Source: Octopus sinensis (Eukaryota). Taken from it: a DNA stretch of 64,000 nt. Of the stretch, positions 50,841 through 62,715 are shown one piece after another (position 1 is the stretch's first letter; every line of letters begins with the position of its first letter). Under the pieces are notes generated by a model. That model saw nothing but the letters and a program-made list of their open reading frames with translations, did not search any database and was not told where the DNA came from. The position numbers and the translations under genes are program-made. The DNA is taken from NCBI RefSeq assembly GCF_006345805.1, contig NC_042998.1, positions 182,590,001-182,654,000 of the forward strand, given 5' to 3'.

Positions 50841-51451
50841 ACTTCAGATGATGTGGAGGTCTGTAAGGAAAGAGGAAGGGGACATTTTTAACAGCATATG
50901 CTTGATTTATCATTTAAGTATATACATAATATCATTAAAGAAGCATTCAAATGTAACATATGATACTATAAAACAATGTATGTAGCGTATATACGTTGAA
51001 AAAAAAAAGGCATGTAGAAATAACTGAAATATAAAAAAGATAAATCTTAACCTAAGTAATGTAACCTTATAAAGTGCATCTTTCTCTCCTCACTACTTGC
51101 AGGTGACTGAAGCTGCAGTGATGCAGGTACCACTCCATGTAACTGAAGTGATTTAAAAGTTGCTAGATACTTATTTTTCAAAATTCTATCTATTAGTTAT
51201 ACTGTAACAGTCAATTTAAATATAGCAATTAATTGTAATAATAAAAGACAATATTCAAATTCAGGCATAATGGTAAAATACAATGATTGGTTTTGTTCAG
51301 AAACTGTATGTGATGAGATAATTTCTTTGTAATTTTTAAATCAGCAGTTAAAAATTGATCTGTAATTGGCTGAATCATTAGAGTCTTGGATGAAGTGTCT
51401 GCAGTATTTAATTATTGACCTTTATGTTCTAAGTTCAACTTTGCTTTTATT

Positions 51452-51622
51452 GGCGTAGGAGTGGCTGTGTGGTAAGTAGCTTGCTTACGAGCCACATGGT
51501 TCCGGGTCCAGTCCCACTGTATGGCACGTTGGGAAAGTGTCTTCTACTATAGCCTTGGGCCAACCAAAGCCTTGTGAGTGGATTTGGTAGACGGAAACTG
51601 AAAGAAGCCCGTCGTATATATG
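51452..51622 (+). mobile_element. SINE family A, 5' half
   Basis: Matches the head of other copies. Confidence 0.8.
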
Positions 51623-52339
51623 TATAACTTAAATATAAATCCCAAACTGAAGAAACATGAGTGAAGGAAAAAAAAGGGAAAAGCATCACAAATTGTACAA
51701 TGGTAGCATCTAGAGATCTTACTATGTACCATTGAGACACAGGGAGAGGAGATAGAGACTTAACAACTGCAGTCACCAAAGCCTTGTAGCTGGCAAAAAT
51801 TATAATGGAGCAGCCTAGAAGCTAGCACAGGTCTTCATCAGGGCCTTGTCCATTATCTGTTTTGTGAGTTAGCATATTGTCCATATTAATTGAACGGCAC
51901 TTGCTGATATAACATCTTTGGCAAAATTTACTAATTTAACCTTTCTTTAAAATACATAAATCTGTGACCAAAAAATTGTTTCACATTGGGTGAAACTCTT
52001 TTACTTGTTTCAGTCATTTGACTGTGCTCATGCTGGAGCACCGCCTTTAATCAAGCAAATCGACCCCAGGACTTATTCTTTGTAAGCCTTGTACTTATTC
52101 TATCGGTCTGCTGAACCGCTAAGTTACGGGGACGTAACATTAATAATTATCAGTAAAAACAAAATATTTCTCCCAATGTTCTCACAATTGAATATTTGAC
52201 CCCACACCACTTATAAATAAGAACTTGAATTTACAGGAAAAGAGAAACCACTCTTTACGTATGTTGGTAAACCTATATATAACTCTGGTTTAAAATTCTA
52301 TCCCAAAATTGTTTACTTTCCTCTCCGGAAAATTTAGGA

Positions 52340-52900
52340 ACCAAAAGCTAACGCCGACAGATGAAATATCATTAAAATAGTTATTTTCATTTACCTGAAA
52401 ATGTCATAGTTGTAAGTATGTTATAAAGATATGTAATTTCTGGACATATCTTATGTTTTATTATTACAATGTTGCTTTATTGGCGTTAATTTTTAATATA
52501 CGTTACTAAATCATCTTTTTAACGTGAATATGGTAACGTCATAACAACATGGGAGAGAATTCTTTTAAAGGGAAACTACTCCAAATAACTAATGCAACGT
52601 CGCAACGACACCCAAACTTTCTTGTACCATTGACCGGCTTCACGCTAAACAATTTTTCCACGGGCCAGAGGATCACCGCACAACAAAACACAATAAAATG
52701 CATGATATATAATTTTATTTATTATTTCATACATAATATATATATATATATATAATGCAAAATATCCCGCGGACAGCGATAGTCAATAAAATAGAAATAA
52801 AATTTTAAAAAAATATTCCTTCTGTGCGACTCGGTACTAAATGATTCATGGGCGGTATTGGTCTCTGACTCGATGGTTGAAAACTGGAGAGTAGTATAGT
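52340..52900 (-). promoter_or_regulatory. Candidate promoter/first exon region (CpG-enriched; donor CAG|GTaaat at 52393-52394; X-box-like GTTGTTATGACGTTAC at ~52533-52548)
   Basis: Local excess of CpG in otherwise CpG-poor unique DNA, located upstream of the exon chain. Confidence 0.4.
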
Positions 52901-53109
52901 TGTATATACTTAAGCGAATGGCATACAGAATGTCGGTTTGAAAGCAGGATTGGAAATAGAGTTAATTTAAATCTAAAAGATTCATTCTTTCAGGTTCTGT
53001 GTTCAAATTCTGCTGAAGTTAAATTGTATATTCATCCCTTCAGGAATGAAAATAAATAAGCACTGAAGCACCTGTAATATATATCAGGGAAGTTATAATT
53101 ATTACATCT

Positions 53110-55062
53110 TGTGATGTAAAGGAAGAAAAAGACGGAAGCGAAGAGAGAATGACGGTAGTCTTACGAGGGCTCGTACCTGTTGCATCTCCCCACTAGTCTT
53201 TGCACGTTCTGCCTGGTCACATCAGAGTCAACTTTCCTGGCTAGGAACAGGGTCCTGTCCACTCCTATGTGATGCATAGTATGCAATCTCCTCAGCTCCG
53301 AGTCACTCAGTCGACACACTGCAGCCACTCCTTGCTCCAGATCCTCTGGCACCTGCAAGGAATCAGAATACCATCCTTGAACCACCGGTCCACCTCTCCC
53401 TCGACTCGAACATGCTTCTGGCATCCCTTCTCAGAGTATGCTGATAGTATCCTACTGTGTTTTTCAATGTCAGAGGATCTCCCTTCCAGTGACATTCCAC
53501 TGTCGATTGCCGGCCATCGAACACAGCTCAAAATCTTTGTCTGTGATGGTGTGTGCAGTATATTTTTCTTCACAGCTCTCAACACTCTCCTGTCGCGAAC
53601 TCACAGCGCACAGCACCCCCAACATCATCGAACACTACACCGGCTTCATTGACCGTAAGATCTCCCAAGTGGACAATGACATCCATCCCCATCACGACAT
53701 CGATCCCGTCAACTACACAATCAATTACAATAGCCTGCGACCTTGATCTTGTTCCTCGTTCCACCATCTTCACATCGCTACTTCCTCTGCATTCAACTTC
53801 CATTCCATCAACAGCCCTTACACTACTCACTCCACTCCATTCTTCTATCACTTCTGGTGTCATTAAGGTTGTTGAGCAGCCCATGTCCACGAGGGCTCGT
53901 GACACCTTTCCGTTCACCACGGCTTCTACTACTGGCAACAACTGTAAATGCGCCTCTATTCGTTTGACTGGATGACTACTGGCGCAGTAGTCTCCCTTGG
54001 ACCGTTTCCCTGCAAGCATTCAATAGCGATGTGGCCTATTTGTCTGCATCGATAGCAAATTACTCCAGGCCTGGGTTCCCTACAGTCCTTCACCATGTGC
54101 GAACCCTGACACCGAAAATAATGCCCTTTGAAGGGTTGCGCACGTTCCTTGTTCGATCCCTCTCCGCTGCTCTTTGTTCGACCCCTTCCCGGTGTTGCCG
54201 TCGCTGCCAAAGGTGTCGTCCTGCAACACGAGACAATGGCTCTGGCCCGAGATATTACCTCTCCCATTGCCATAAAGTGAATGTTTGGCAGCTTTTGCAG
54301 CTCGACTGACACCTGGTCAGGAAATCCTATCACAAAGGCTAATTTTATGGTTTGTTCTAATGTGCCATCTCTATATCCCACGAGTCTAGCCAATTTCCTG
54401 ATTTCATTGGCAAACACATCAACCTGTTTGCCCATCCACTTTGCTTTCCCCAGTCGACCATATGCCATAAATGACCCTTCTGTGAAAGCCTCCATCTTCT
54501 ATTTTTTCTGCACTCAACTGGTCCTTCTCTTCCACTTTCAGGTATAGTACCAACACCGATCCATTAAGGTATAATGGTATAAAACTCGCTAGATCATCTA
54601 TACCTTGGAGTCTTGCCACCAACTTAATTTTTTGCAGCCAAGCAGTCACATCTCCCTCGCCACAAAATGGCCTAACTATCTCATTCGAAACACAAACCAT
54701 ACCCATCATTTTTTTTTTAATGTTTGAGCCGAAATAGCTTGTGATGTAAAGGAAGAAAAAGATAGAAGTGAAGAGAGAATGACGGTAGTCTTACTTGTCA
54801 GTCTGGATAAAGGGTCACTTTCAACATCCACGTGTTGTCCTGATCTCCAAAGTTCACTCCACGTCCACGTGCACTATCCGTTGCTGTACCATCTCACACA
54901 TCCGCCCTCTTGTGCTGCTCGCCCCCAACTGACCCTCGTGCTTTGCTGATGCTGCATGGCCACCGCAACACTTTTGGTGGAATCCACAGGCCCCACTTCT
55001 GACAGGACATGCCTACTCCCTCACTTCCAATCCTTCCCTACAACACAGCCTGGCTCATAACA
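53110..55062 (-). mobile_element. Internally deleted Ty3/Gypsy LTR retrotransposon
   Basis: 323-bp LTR TGT..ACA at 54740-55062; 55-bp LTR end repeated at 53110-53164; gag with CCHC knuckle, protease ALVDMG, integrase HH-CC-like fragment; no RT. Confidence 0.88.
53579..54709 (-). pseudogene. Frameshifted gag and aspartic protease of the Gypsy element
   Basis: ORFs 54419..54709, 53956..54495 (CYRCRQIGHIAIEC) and 53579..54019. Confidence 0.82.
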
Positions 55063-56811
55063 CCACACACTTCTACCCATGCTCACATTTATGGATTCAA
55101 TATTTCTATCACCTGCAGATATGCTTATAAAATAAAATATGTAGAAGAGCACAGTACCCATGGCTTAGGTAAATATTTTCCTTGTTCAGAATTATCGAAG
55201 TATGGAATAAACTACATACGTCAGTTGTTAGTTATATCCTTCAAAACTCTCATATCTCTTTTGGGTATCATTGTTGTTTTTATTTAGTTGATTTATTGCT
55301 GCTTTTTGTCCCTTCTTTTACCATTTTCAGACAAGTGGTATTGCACCTGAGCACTGTATGTGATAAGTTTGTTAGTATCATATTACAATTTGACATCTTT
55401 CCTAAATAATAAATTTGTATTAATTCAATTTGATAAGATCTGAATATTACATGTATTTCTTTTATTTTCCTTAAATTTATAACTTCATCTCTAAATAAGA
55501 AATCTCTGTTTTCAAAAACTCTTAGGGTGGGTAAGATGGCATGATTTAGGTTATCACAATGAATGCTCTGCTTATCTTACTTCATAAATATTAAGTCTGA
55601 GTTTAATTTGTATCGTCTTCTTTGGTTGATACCATATATACCCTTAAGATGTTGCACCATAACAACAGCTACTTGGAACTTTTAACAGATTTCCCTCAGT
55701 TTCAAGCAATTGAACCAGGTTCCCACTTTCACCTCAGTTCTTCACAGCCCATGTTTTCTCTGAAGACACTGATATACGTTACTTAGGCTATGCATCAGCC
55801 TTATCAATCTCACTTTTGTATTATCAGTCTACACACCTCAAGAGTATAATCCTTCCTTCAAATATTGACTTAATTTTTATAATCAGAATGTCAAATACAG
55901 CTAGAGTCAAATGTACCATTTTCTTTATCTGAGATCTTTAAAAAAAGAACTATTTGACTGTGATTTCCTCTCCCAAATTTTCCCTTTTTCCTTTAGATAA
56001 TTACAATATGATGTCTACAACATACCATGTCACATGGCTTTTTCTGAGTAATTAACATACTGGACTATATACTCATAGGTATTGATTTGTAGTCCTGTCA
56101 CATTTATTTATATGCTCACTAATTTATGCTTGAATAGTTGTTATTAGAATATTGTCTTGTTGAAGCCGATTTCTACAAAATTTGATGCAATATGCAATAC
56201 TATTCAAGCCTTTATCATCAAATGTGATTAAATATTTGGTATTCCTGAGTGCATTTGAAATATAATCTAGAGCAGCAGTTTTCAGTCATTTGCTGCTGAA
56301 TACCTCTTCAAACTGAATGGTGCCATACAAATAGTTTTACCCTTGTTTTACAAGTCAGAAAAAAAAAAAAATATTGGTTTCATATTTTGGTACAAGGCCA
56401 GCAATTTTGGGGGAGGCTGTAAGCTGATTACATTGACCCTGGTGCTCAGCTGGTACTTCTTTTATCGACCCTGAAATGATGAAGGGCAAATTCAACCTCA
56501 GCAGAATTTGGACTTGGAATTTGTATAGACAGACGAAATGCCAGTAATTAAATAAGTAAATTTAAAAAATAAAAAAAGAGTTATTTTAATTAGTGGAAGC
56601 TAATTTCACAGAAGAGTTTTCTGTATTTTTATGAATTTTATATTATCCTATCAAACTTGTACCTTCTTTTAACTTTTTTCATAGACAAAGCCAGGACAAA
56701 ATTATTTTGAATCTTGGTATATCATCAATCCTATTTTGTGATTACCAATAACACAATAACCTTCTCATATTAAAATCCCAACAAATAATTATTTAAATAC
56801 GTAAAGTATAC

Positions 56812-56985
56812 TAGCCATCTCAATATGGCTAACCACTAAGGGTGGGTGTTACTGTAGCTTTTAGCCCCAGGAGATCGTCGTCTCCAGCTGGCTTTAGGCA
56901 TAGTATTTGCGAAGGGAGGTCATCCCTCTCTCGTCAACCTAAGTGATACGCCCGTCTTTGGCGTACGGCAATCACCGATTTTCGA
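56812..56985 (-). repeat. Diverged relative of the 353-bp repeat unit, lacking the hammerhead core
   Basis: Reverse complement shares gcaaatact, gccagctgga, ctcctggggctaaaa.ctacagta, ccacccttag and agccatattga. Confidence 0.75.
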
Positions 56986-57611
56986 TTCATATTGTCTTCA
57001 CTACAACTATTTCTCATCTTGTGGACCATCAAGAGCCCAGGATATTAAACCCTCTGCCCAAGCCAACTCAATATACTTGCCTTCCTCTTTCTGCCATCAT
57101 TTTGTCTTTCATTCACCAAATTTTGTACCCATGGCTATTTCTCCCAATCTTCAAACTCAACCTTCTTTAGTATCTTACTAACCCAGACTTTTCCAAGAGC
57201 CATCGGTCTAGAGATGCCCAAGAACGAACATTCAACCAATTCATCGACCTCAATTGCGTTGGAAAATCTGCAATAGTTATATTTATATAACAGTTGCACA
57301 CGGGAGATGGCACGCAGATACCATGGGAGATAACTAAAAATTTCTGCTATTTAGAGTTGTCGTTCTTAACACCTACCACCTGAATTTATTGAATCTAACA
57401 TAATCAATCTGTTACTATTTTACAATTAGTAGCCCGGATCCTATGACAGGCGAAGTTGTTCATTACACATTCATAAATTTTATGTAGTAGTTGTTTGAAA
57501 AGCAAATTTTTCTTTTATTTAGATGTAGACATGGTTGTGTGATTAAACAGTTAACTTCCCAACCACACGGTTTTGAGTTTGGCCTAACTGCACGGCACCT
57601 TGGACAGATAA

Positions 57612-57614
57612 ATG

Positions 57615-57648
<34 letters not shown>

Positions 57649-58262
57649 TAATAATAATGATGATCATGATAATGATAATAATAATAATAATAATAATAAT
57701 AAGGAAATTATTGTATACAGTGCTCAGGTGCACCACAACTTGTCAAAAGTGTGTATAAAGCATATGCAGTAATGTACAAATGTCTGGAAAGTGAACAGTG
57801 TATGAGTCAGATACATGCTTGCGTGTGAATAGAGGGAAGAAAATCAGGTGTAGTGTTGGCGAATCTCAGGAAGCATGGAAGTTTTTTGAAGGATGCAGTA
57901 CTCCGATAACTAACAACTGATGCCAGCAGTTTGTTCCATGCTTCAGCAACTCTTAGCGTGAAAAAATGTTTCCAAAAGTCATGGGAGCTGTGCTGTTTTC
58001 TGACCTTGTAAACATGTCCATGGGTGTTAGACAGATGGAGTTTGAAAAGGTGCTCAGAGTTATTGTTGGTAAGATGGTTAATAATTTTATGGGTGTCTGC
58101 CAAGTCAGCTGCCAGATGTCAGAGTTTCAATGTATCCATGCCCATGGAAGTAAGGCGTTCAGAATATGGCAAATGCCTGATGGAGGGTATTCTCTTGGTT
58201 GCACGTCGCTGAATGGCTTCCAGACGATTAATATACTGGGCAAGATAGGCTTCCAGACCAGT
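57612..58262 (-). mobile_element. CR1-clade LINE 3' end with (TTA)n tail
   Basis: EAIQRRATKRI..Y.ERL, THGHVYKV and HFFTLRVAEAWNKL motifs. Confidence 0.8.
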
Positions 58263-59078
58263 GGTGCCTTCTACTTATAGCCCTGGGACAACCTAAGAAG
58301 ATTACCTACTGGAGCTGATTCTAATAATGAATCTTTGATATGAATAGAATTTTAATAAAAAACAGAAAAAAACTATAACCTCCTCTAAAATATCGGTTTC
58401 AAATTTTGGCACAGCAAGGCCAGCAACTTTGGAAGTGGGAATATGTCAATTACATCGACCCCAGCATTCAACTGGTACTCCAAAAGGAAGAAAGGCAAAG
58501 TAGAGCTTGGTGGAGTTTAAACTCAGAATACAATATTGCAGGAAGATAATTAGTTGATGCTATCAGTTCCAGTACTTAATTGGTGCTTGTCTTATTGACC
58601 TTGAAAAGATGAAAGACAAAGTTAACCGTGGTGGGATTTGAATTCAGGTTATAAGAAGTTGCTAGGAATACTTCAAAGCATTTCTTCCAATGCTCTGATA
58701 ATTCTGACAGCTCATCATCTTAATAATAAAGATAAAAACAACAGTGAAACAGCAACAATAACAACAATAAAAATAATAAAGTATGGGTAAAATAAGATTG
58801 CTGCAAATATACAGTGGAATTTTGGCAGGAAATTTGCTTTTGCAAGCACAGCGAAAAGCTATAAACTTTTTATGGGAATAAAAATGTAAGTCCTGAAAAA
58901 ATGGTGAATCAAGGTTGTTGTGGGATTTTCCTATTCAACAGATCAGATACTGTAAACACCGGCAAGAAGTAAAACCTATGTATTGTAAATGATGTGGAAA
59001 TACCTTTTGACACCAGAATAAAAGGTAAAGAAAAAGGAAAAGTAGTGAATTATATATAGGTGCAGGAGTGGCTATGTG

Positions 59079-59237
59079 GTAAGTAGCTTGTTTACCAACC
59101 ACATGGCTCCGGGTTCAGTCCCACTGCATGGCACCTTGGGCAAGTGTCTTCTACTATAGCCTCGGGCTGACCAAAGCCTTGTGAGTGGATTCGGTAGATG
59201 GAAACTGAAAGAAGCCCGTCGTATATATGTATATATA

Positions 59238-59282
<45 letters not shown>

Positions 59283-59485
59283 TGTGTGTGTTTGTGTGTC
59301 TGTGTTTGTCCCCCTAGCATTGCTTGACAACCGATGCTGGTGTGTTTATGTCCCTGTTACTTAGCAGTTCGGCAAAAGAAACTGATAGAATAAGACTGGG
59401 CTTACAAAAGAGTTGCTCGATTAAAGGCGGTGCTCCAGCATGGCTGCAGTCAAATTACTGAAACAAGTAAAAGAGTAAAAAGAGT
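59079..59485 (+). mobile_element. SINE family A
   Basis: Near full-length copy. Confidence 0.87.
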
Positions 59486-59696
59486 AATATCAACCTAAAG
59501 TTTGAAAACCTCAAGTGCTGGTACAGAAAGCTTAGCAACATTATTAATAGCAACTGATTATTAATGGAGCATTGGGAAAAGTGACTAAGATATCTGAAAA
59601 CAAACCTTGGAGAACTTGATCTCAACATGGGAATAGATGTAGTACAGAAAATGTGTTGACTACATTCAGCAAGAAATATTTTAAATGTCTTCAATA

Positions 59697-60415
59697 GGCA
59701 CGGGCGTAGCCATGTGGTAAGAAGCTTGCTTCCCAACCACATAGTTTAGAGTTCTTGACTTGACTTGACTTGAGACAGCATTCACCCGGGGTGGGTCGAG
59801 CTGGCTTCATTCATCCTCAATGCTGCATTTCTCACAAACACCAACCAGACCTGAAGATTTGAAGCTAACGACCACGTGATCTCCAACCACTCCTTATTCC
59901 AGCGGCGAAAGCTGTAGATATGGGGACCTAGGTTGGGTTCCAGATCAGCCTTGACTGTCATCAGCCAGGTTTTTCGTTGTCCACCACATCACTTTCGCCA
60001 ACCCTGAAGGGGAGCTGGGGCAACTGCTTCGTAGATGAATTCTCCTGGTTGACGACGGATTCAGTTTAGGGTTCAGTCTGACTTCATGGTACTTTGGGTA
60101 AATGTCTTCTACTACAGCCTTGGACTAATCAAAGCCTTGTAAGTGGATTGGGTAGATGGAAACTGAAAGAAGCCTGTCATATATAAGTGTGTGTGTGTAC
60201 ATGTGTATTATTGAGTCTGTGTTTGTCCCTCCTCTCCTCAATGCTTGACAACTAGTGTTGGTGTGTTTACATCCCTGTAACTTAGTAGTTTAGGAAATGA
60301 GATCTATAGAATAAGTCCTAGACTTTAAAAATATATATAAGTACTGGAGTCAATTCATTCAACTGAAAGTTCCTGAAGGTGGTGCCCCAGCATGGCCACT
60401 GTCTGAAACAAGTAA
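59697..60415 (+). mobile_element. Older SINE family A copy interrupted by a LINE fragment (~59755-60060)
   Basis: Head at 59697 resumes at ~60064. Confidence 0.6.
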
Positions 60416-60559
60416 TAGATAAAAGAACATGTAAGAACAGATAGGAAGAACAGAAAAAAAATTACTTTTCTTCAAAAGACAGAATATTCTTAGCCTGCTA
60501 GTTGGGATTTGATAGGAAGCATAATTAAGGAAGGTAAAACAACTAATTTCATGAAACAT

Positions 60560-60852
60560 TGTTTGAATAATTCACATCTGAAAACCTGTGTTTTGTTCAA
60601 CTTCCTTAAACAAACCTTATTCAGGGATCTTTCGAGTGGCATGGGCTACTCAACCTGAAGAAAATTCTAACTGGGCCCCACCTGCAAGGTCATGTGCTGT
60701 TTATTTTGATATGAGATCACCATGTCACGCACATATGGTTGTGATGCATGTGCTTGGTGTACCCTTATCAGACAGGTAGTCATTATGGGTATATTGAACT
60801 TTGTATATTTTACCCTGTTGTCGTTTTGATGGCATGAGCTACTCTCTCACTC

Positions 60853-60890
<38 letters not shown>

Positions 60891-62190
60891 TAAGCCTTTC
60901 TACTATAGGCACAAGGCCTGAAATTTTGCGGGAGGGGTAAGTTGATCACATCAACCCCAGTACTCAACTGGTACTTAATTTACGAACCCCAAAAATGATG
61001 AAAGGCAAAGCTGACCATAATAATAATACCTTGAGTATGTGAATGGTCCCTAGTGAATAATGCATACATTGAGCAGATATCAAGAAAATTTGTTTTCCAT
61101 AATAATAAAGATATCTGATTTAGGCTTCGGGCCAGCATGTTTTGAGGATAGGGGACTTATGAGGTACTTCACTGTTTTTGTTCCCAGGGTGATGAAACGT
61201 AAATTTGTCCTCAGCAGGATTTGAACTCAGAACATCAGGAGCTAAGACAAGGCAATTTTTCCAATGCTCTAATAATTTTGCCAATTTGCCAATTTTAAAT
61301 ATTTCCAAAGCCCACAGAGCAGTCTTGCTGTAAGAGTGTGCAAGAAAAATATGACAGCTAAAAATATTAAAATGATAAATAAAAGTATCAGATATAAAAT
61401 GGTGTCCGTATTTTTTTTTATTAATTGATAAATATCTATAGGCTTTGTTAATAAATTTTTACATGATTTAAAAGACAGAAACACTCACCATCACCGACAT
61501 AGATACACTTAATATCTGTAAACATACATATAAATGTACAACACACACACACACACACAAACAGTGTGGCTGTGTGGTTAAGAAGCTTGCTTTCCAAAAA
61601 TGTGCAGCACCTTTGGTAGTGTCTTGTGAATCAATCTGGTTGAAGGAAACTAAAAAGAAGCCTGTTGTATGTATGTGTGTGTAAATATATATATGTAATT
61701 ATTTTATTATTATTGTTATTATTATTATTGAGTGAGAGAGCGGTGCATGCCATCAAAGTGACACCGGGGTAAAATATACGAAGCCCAGTATACCCATCAT
61801 GACTACCCATCTGATAAGGGTACACTAGGCACATGCATCACAACCATATGTGCGTGACATGGTGATCTCATATCAAGATAAATAGCACTTGACCTTGCAG
61901 GTGGAGCCCAGTTAGAATTTTCTTCAGGTTGAGTAACCCATCTCACTCAAAAGGTCCATGATTAAGGTTTGTTAAGGATGTTGAACGAAACACCCAAGTT
62001 TCCAGAAATGAATTATTCAAACCCCAAAGAATCCCTCTCAACACATGGCTATGATGCTCCCCCACTACTTCTGCTCGTGATCAGAGATGCACATATCGTC
62101 AGCCACTAAAGGACATGCTCAACTGGTTAAGGTCAAACAACTGACAAGCAAATCTGTGGTATTGAGCAGAATACTGGTACTGCATCAGGG
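60560..62190. mobile_element. Two inverted copies of one SINE/LINE-3' family (60560-60890 plus, 61705-62190 minus) with (AAT)n tails
   Basis: ctgggcccacctgcaaggtca...gtacccttatcaga and its reverse complement. Confidence 0.7.
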
Positions 62191-62195
62191 CATTT

Positions 62196-62228
<33 letters not shown>

Positions 62229-62715
62229 ATCATCATCATTATTATATATCCTCTGTTATATCCTTTAATGTGTTCATACCCTTTTTTGTTGTTTTGAAGC
62301 CACACACTTGGTTAACATTTGAATGCACTCTTTTATCTGCACAACCTTTACTGCATTTATACTCCTTTTGTGATGGTGTACTGCACTCACTCAAAAAGTG
62401 CTTGATACTTTCATCTCCTTTCCTGCAAATTCTATATTTGCTGTCTGATCTTTGCCTTTATCAGCTTTGTTCTAAGGGCTTCTTCTTGAGCAGCTATAAT
62501 TTGCATTTCTATCTCTCATTTCAAGTTCCTGTCTGTAGTTCCATTTCTTTCCATGTTTGCTCTCTTGTTCTTTCTTCTGTTCTTGAATTTTCCAACTGTA
62601 TTGAGCAGAATATTTGCTGTAGCCCATCTTTTATACCAAGACAAAACAATGTCCATGATAACACTTCCAATCAGTTAAGATCAGAAGCCATGAGAGCCAC
62701 TGCCTGGTACTGCTA

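Noticed and set aside
50764-50860. Good AG/GT pair suggesting a host-gene exon
   Set aside because: It overlaps the N-terminus of the decayed transposase and contains stops; cannot be assigned to the gene.
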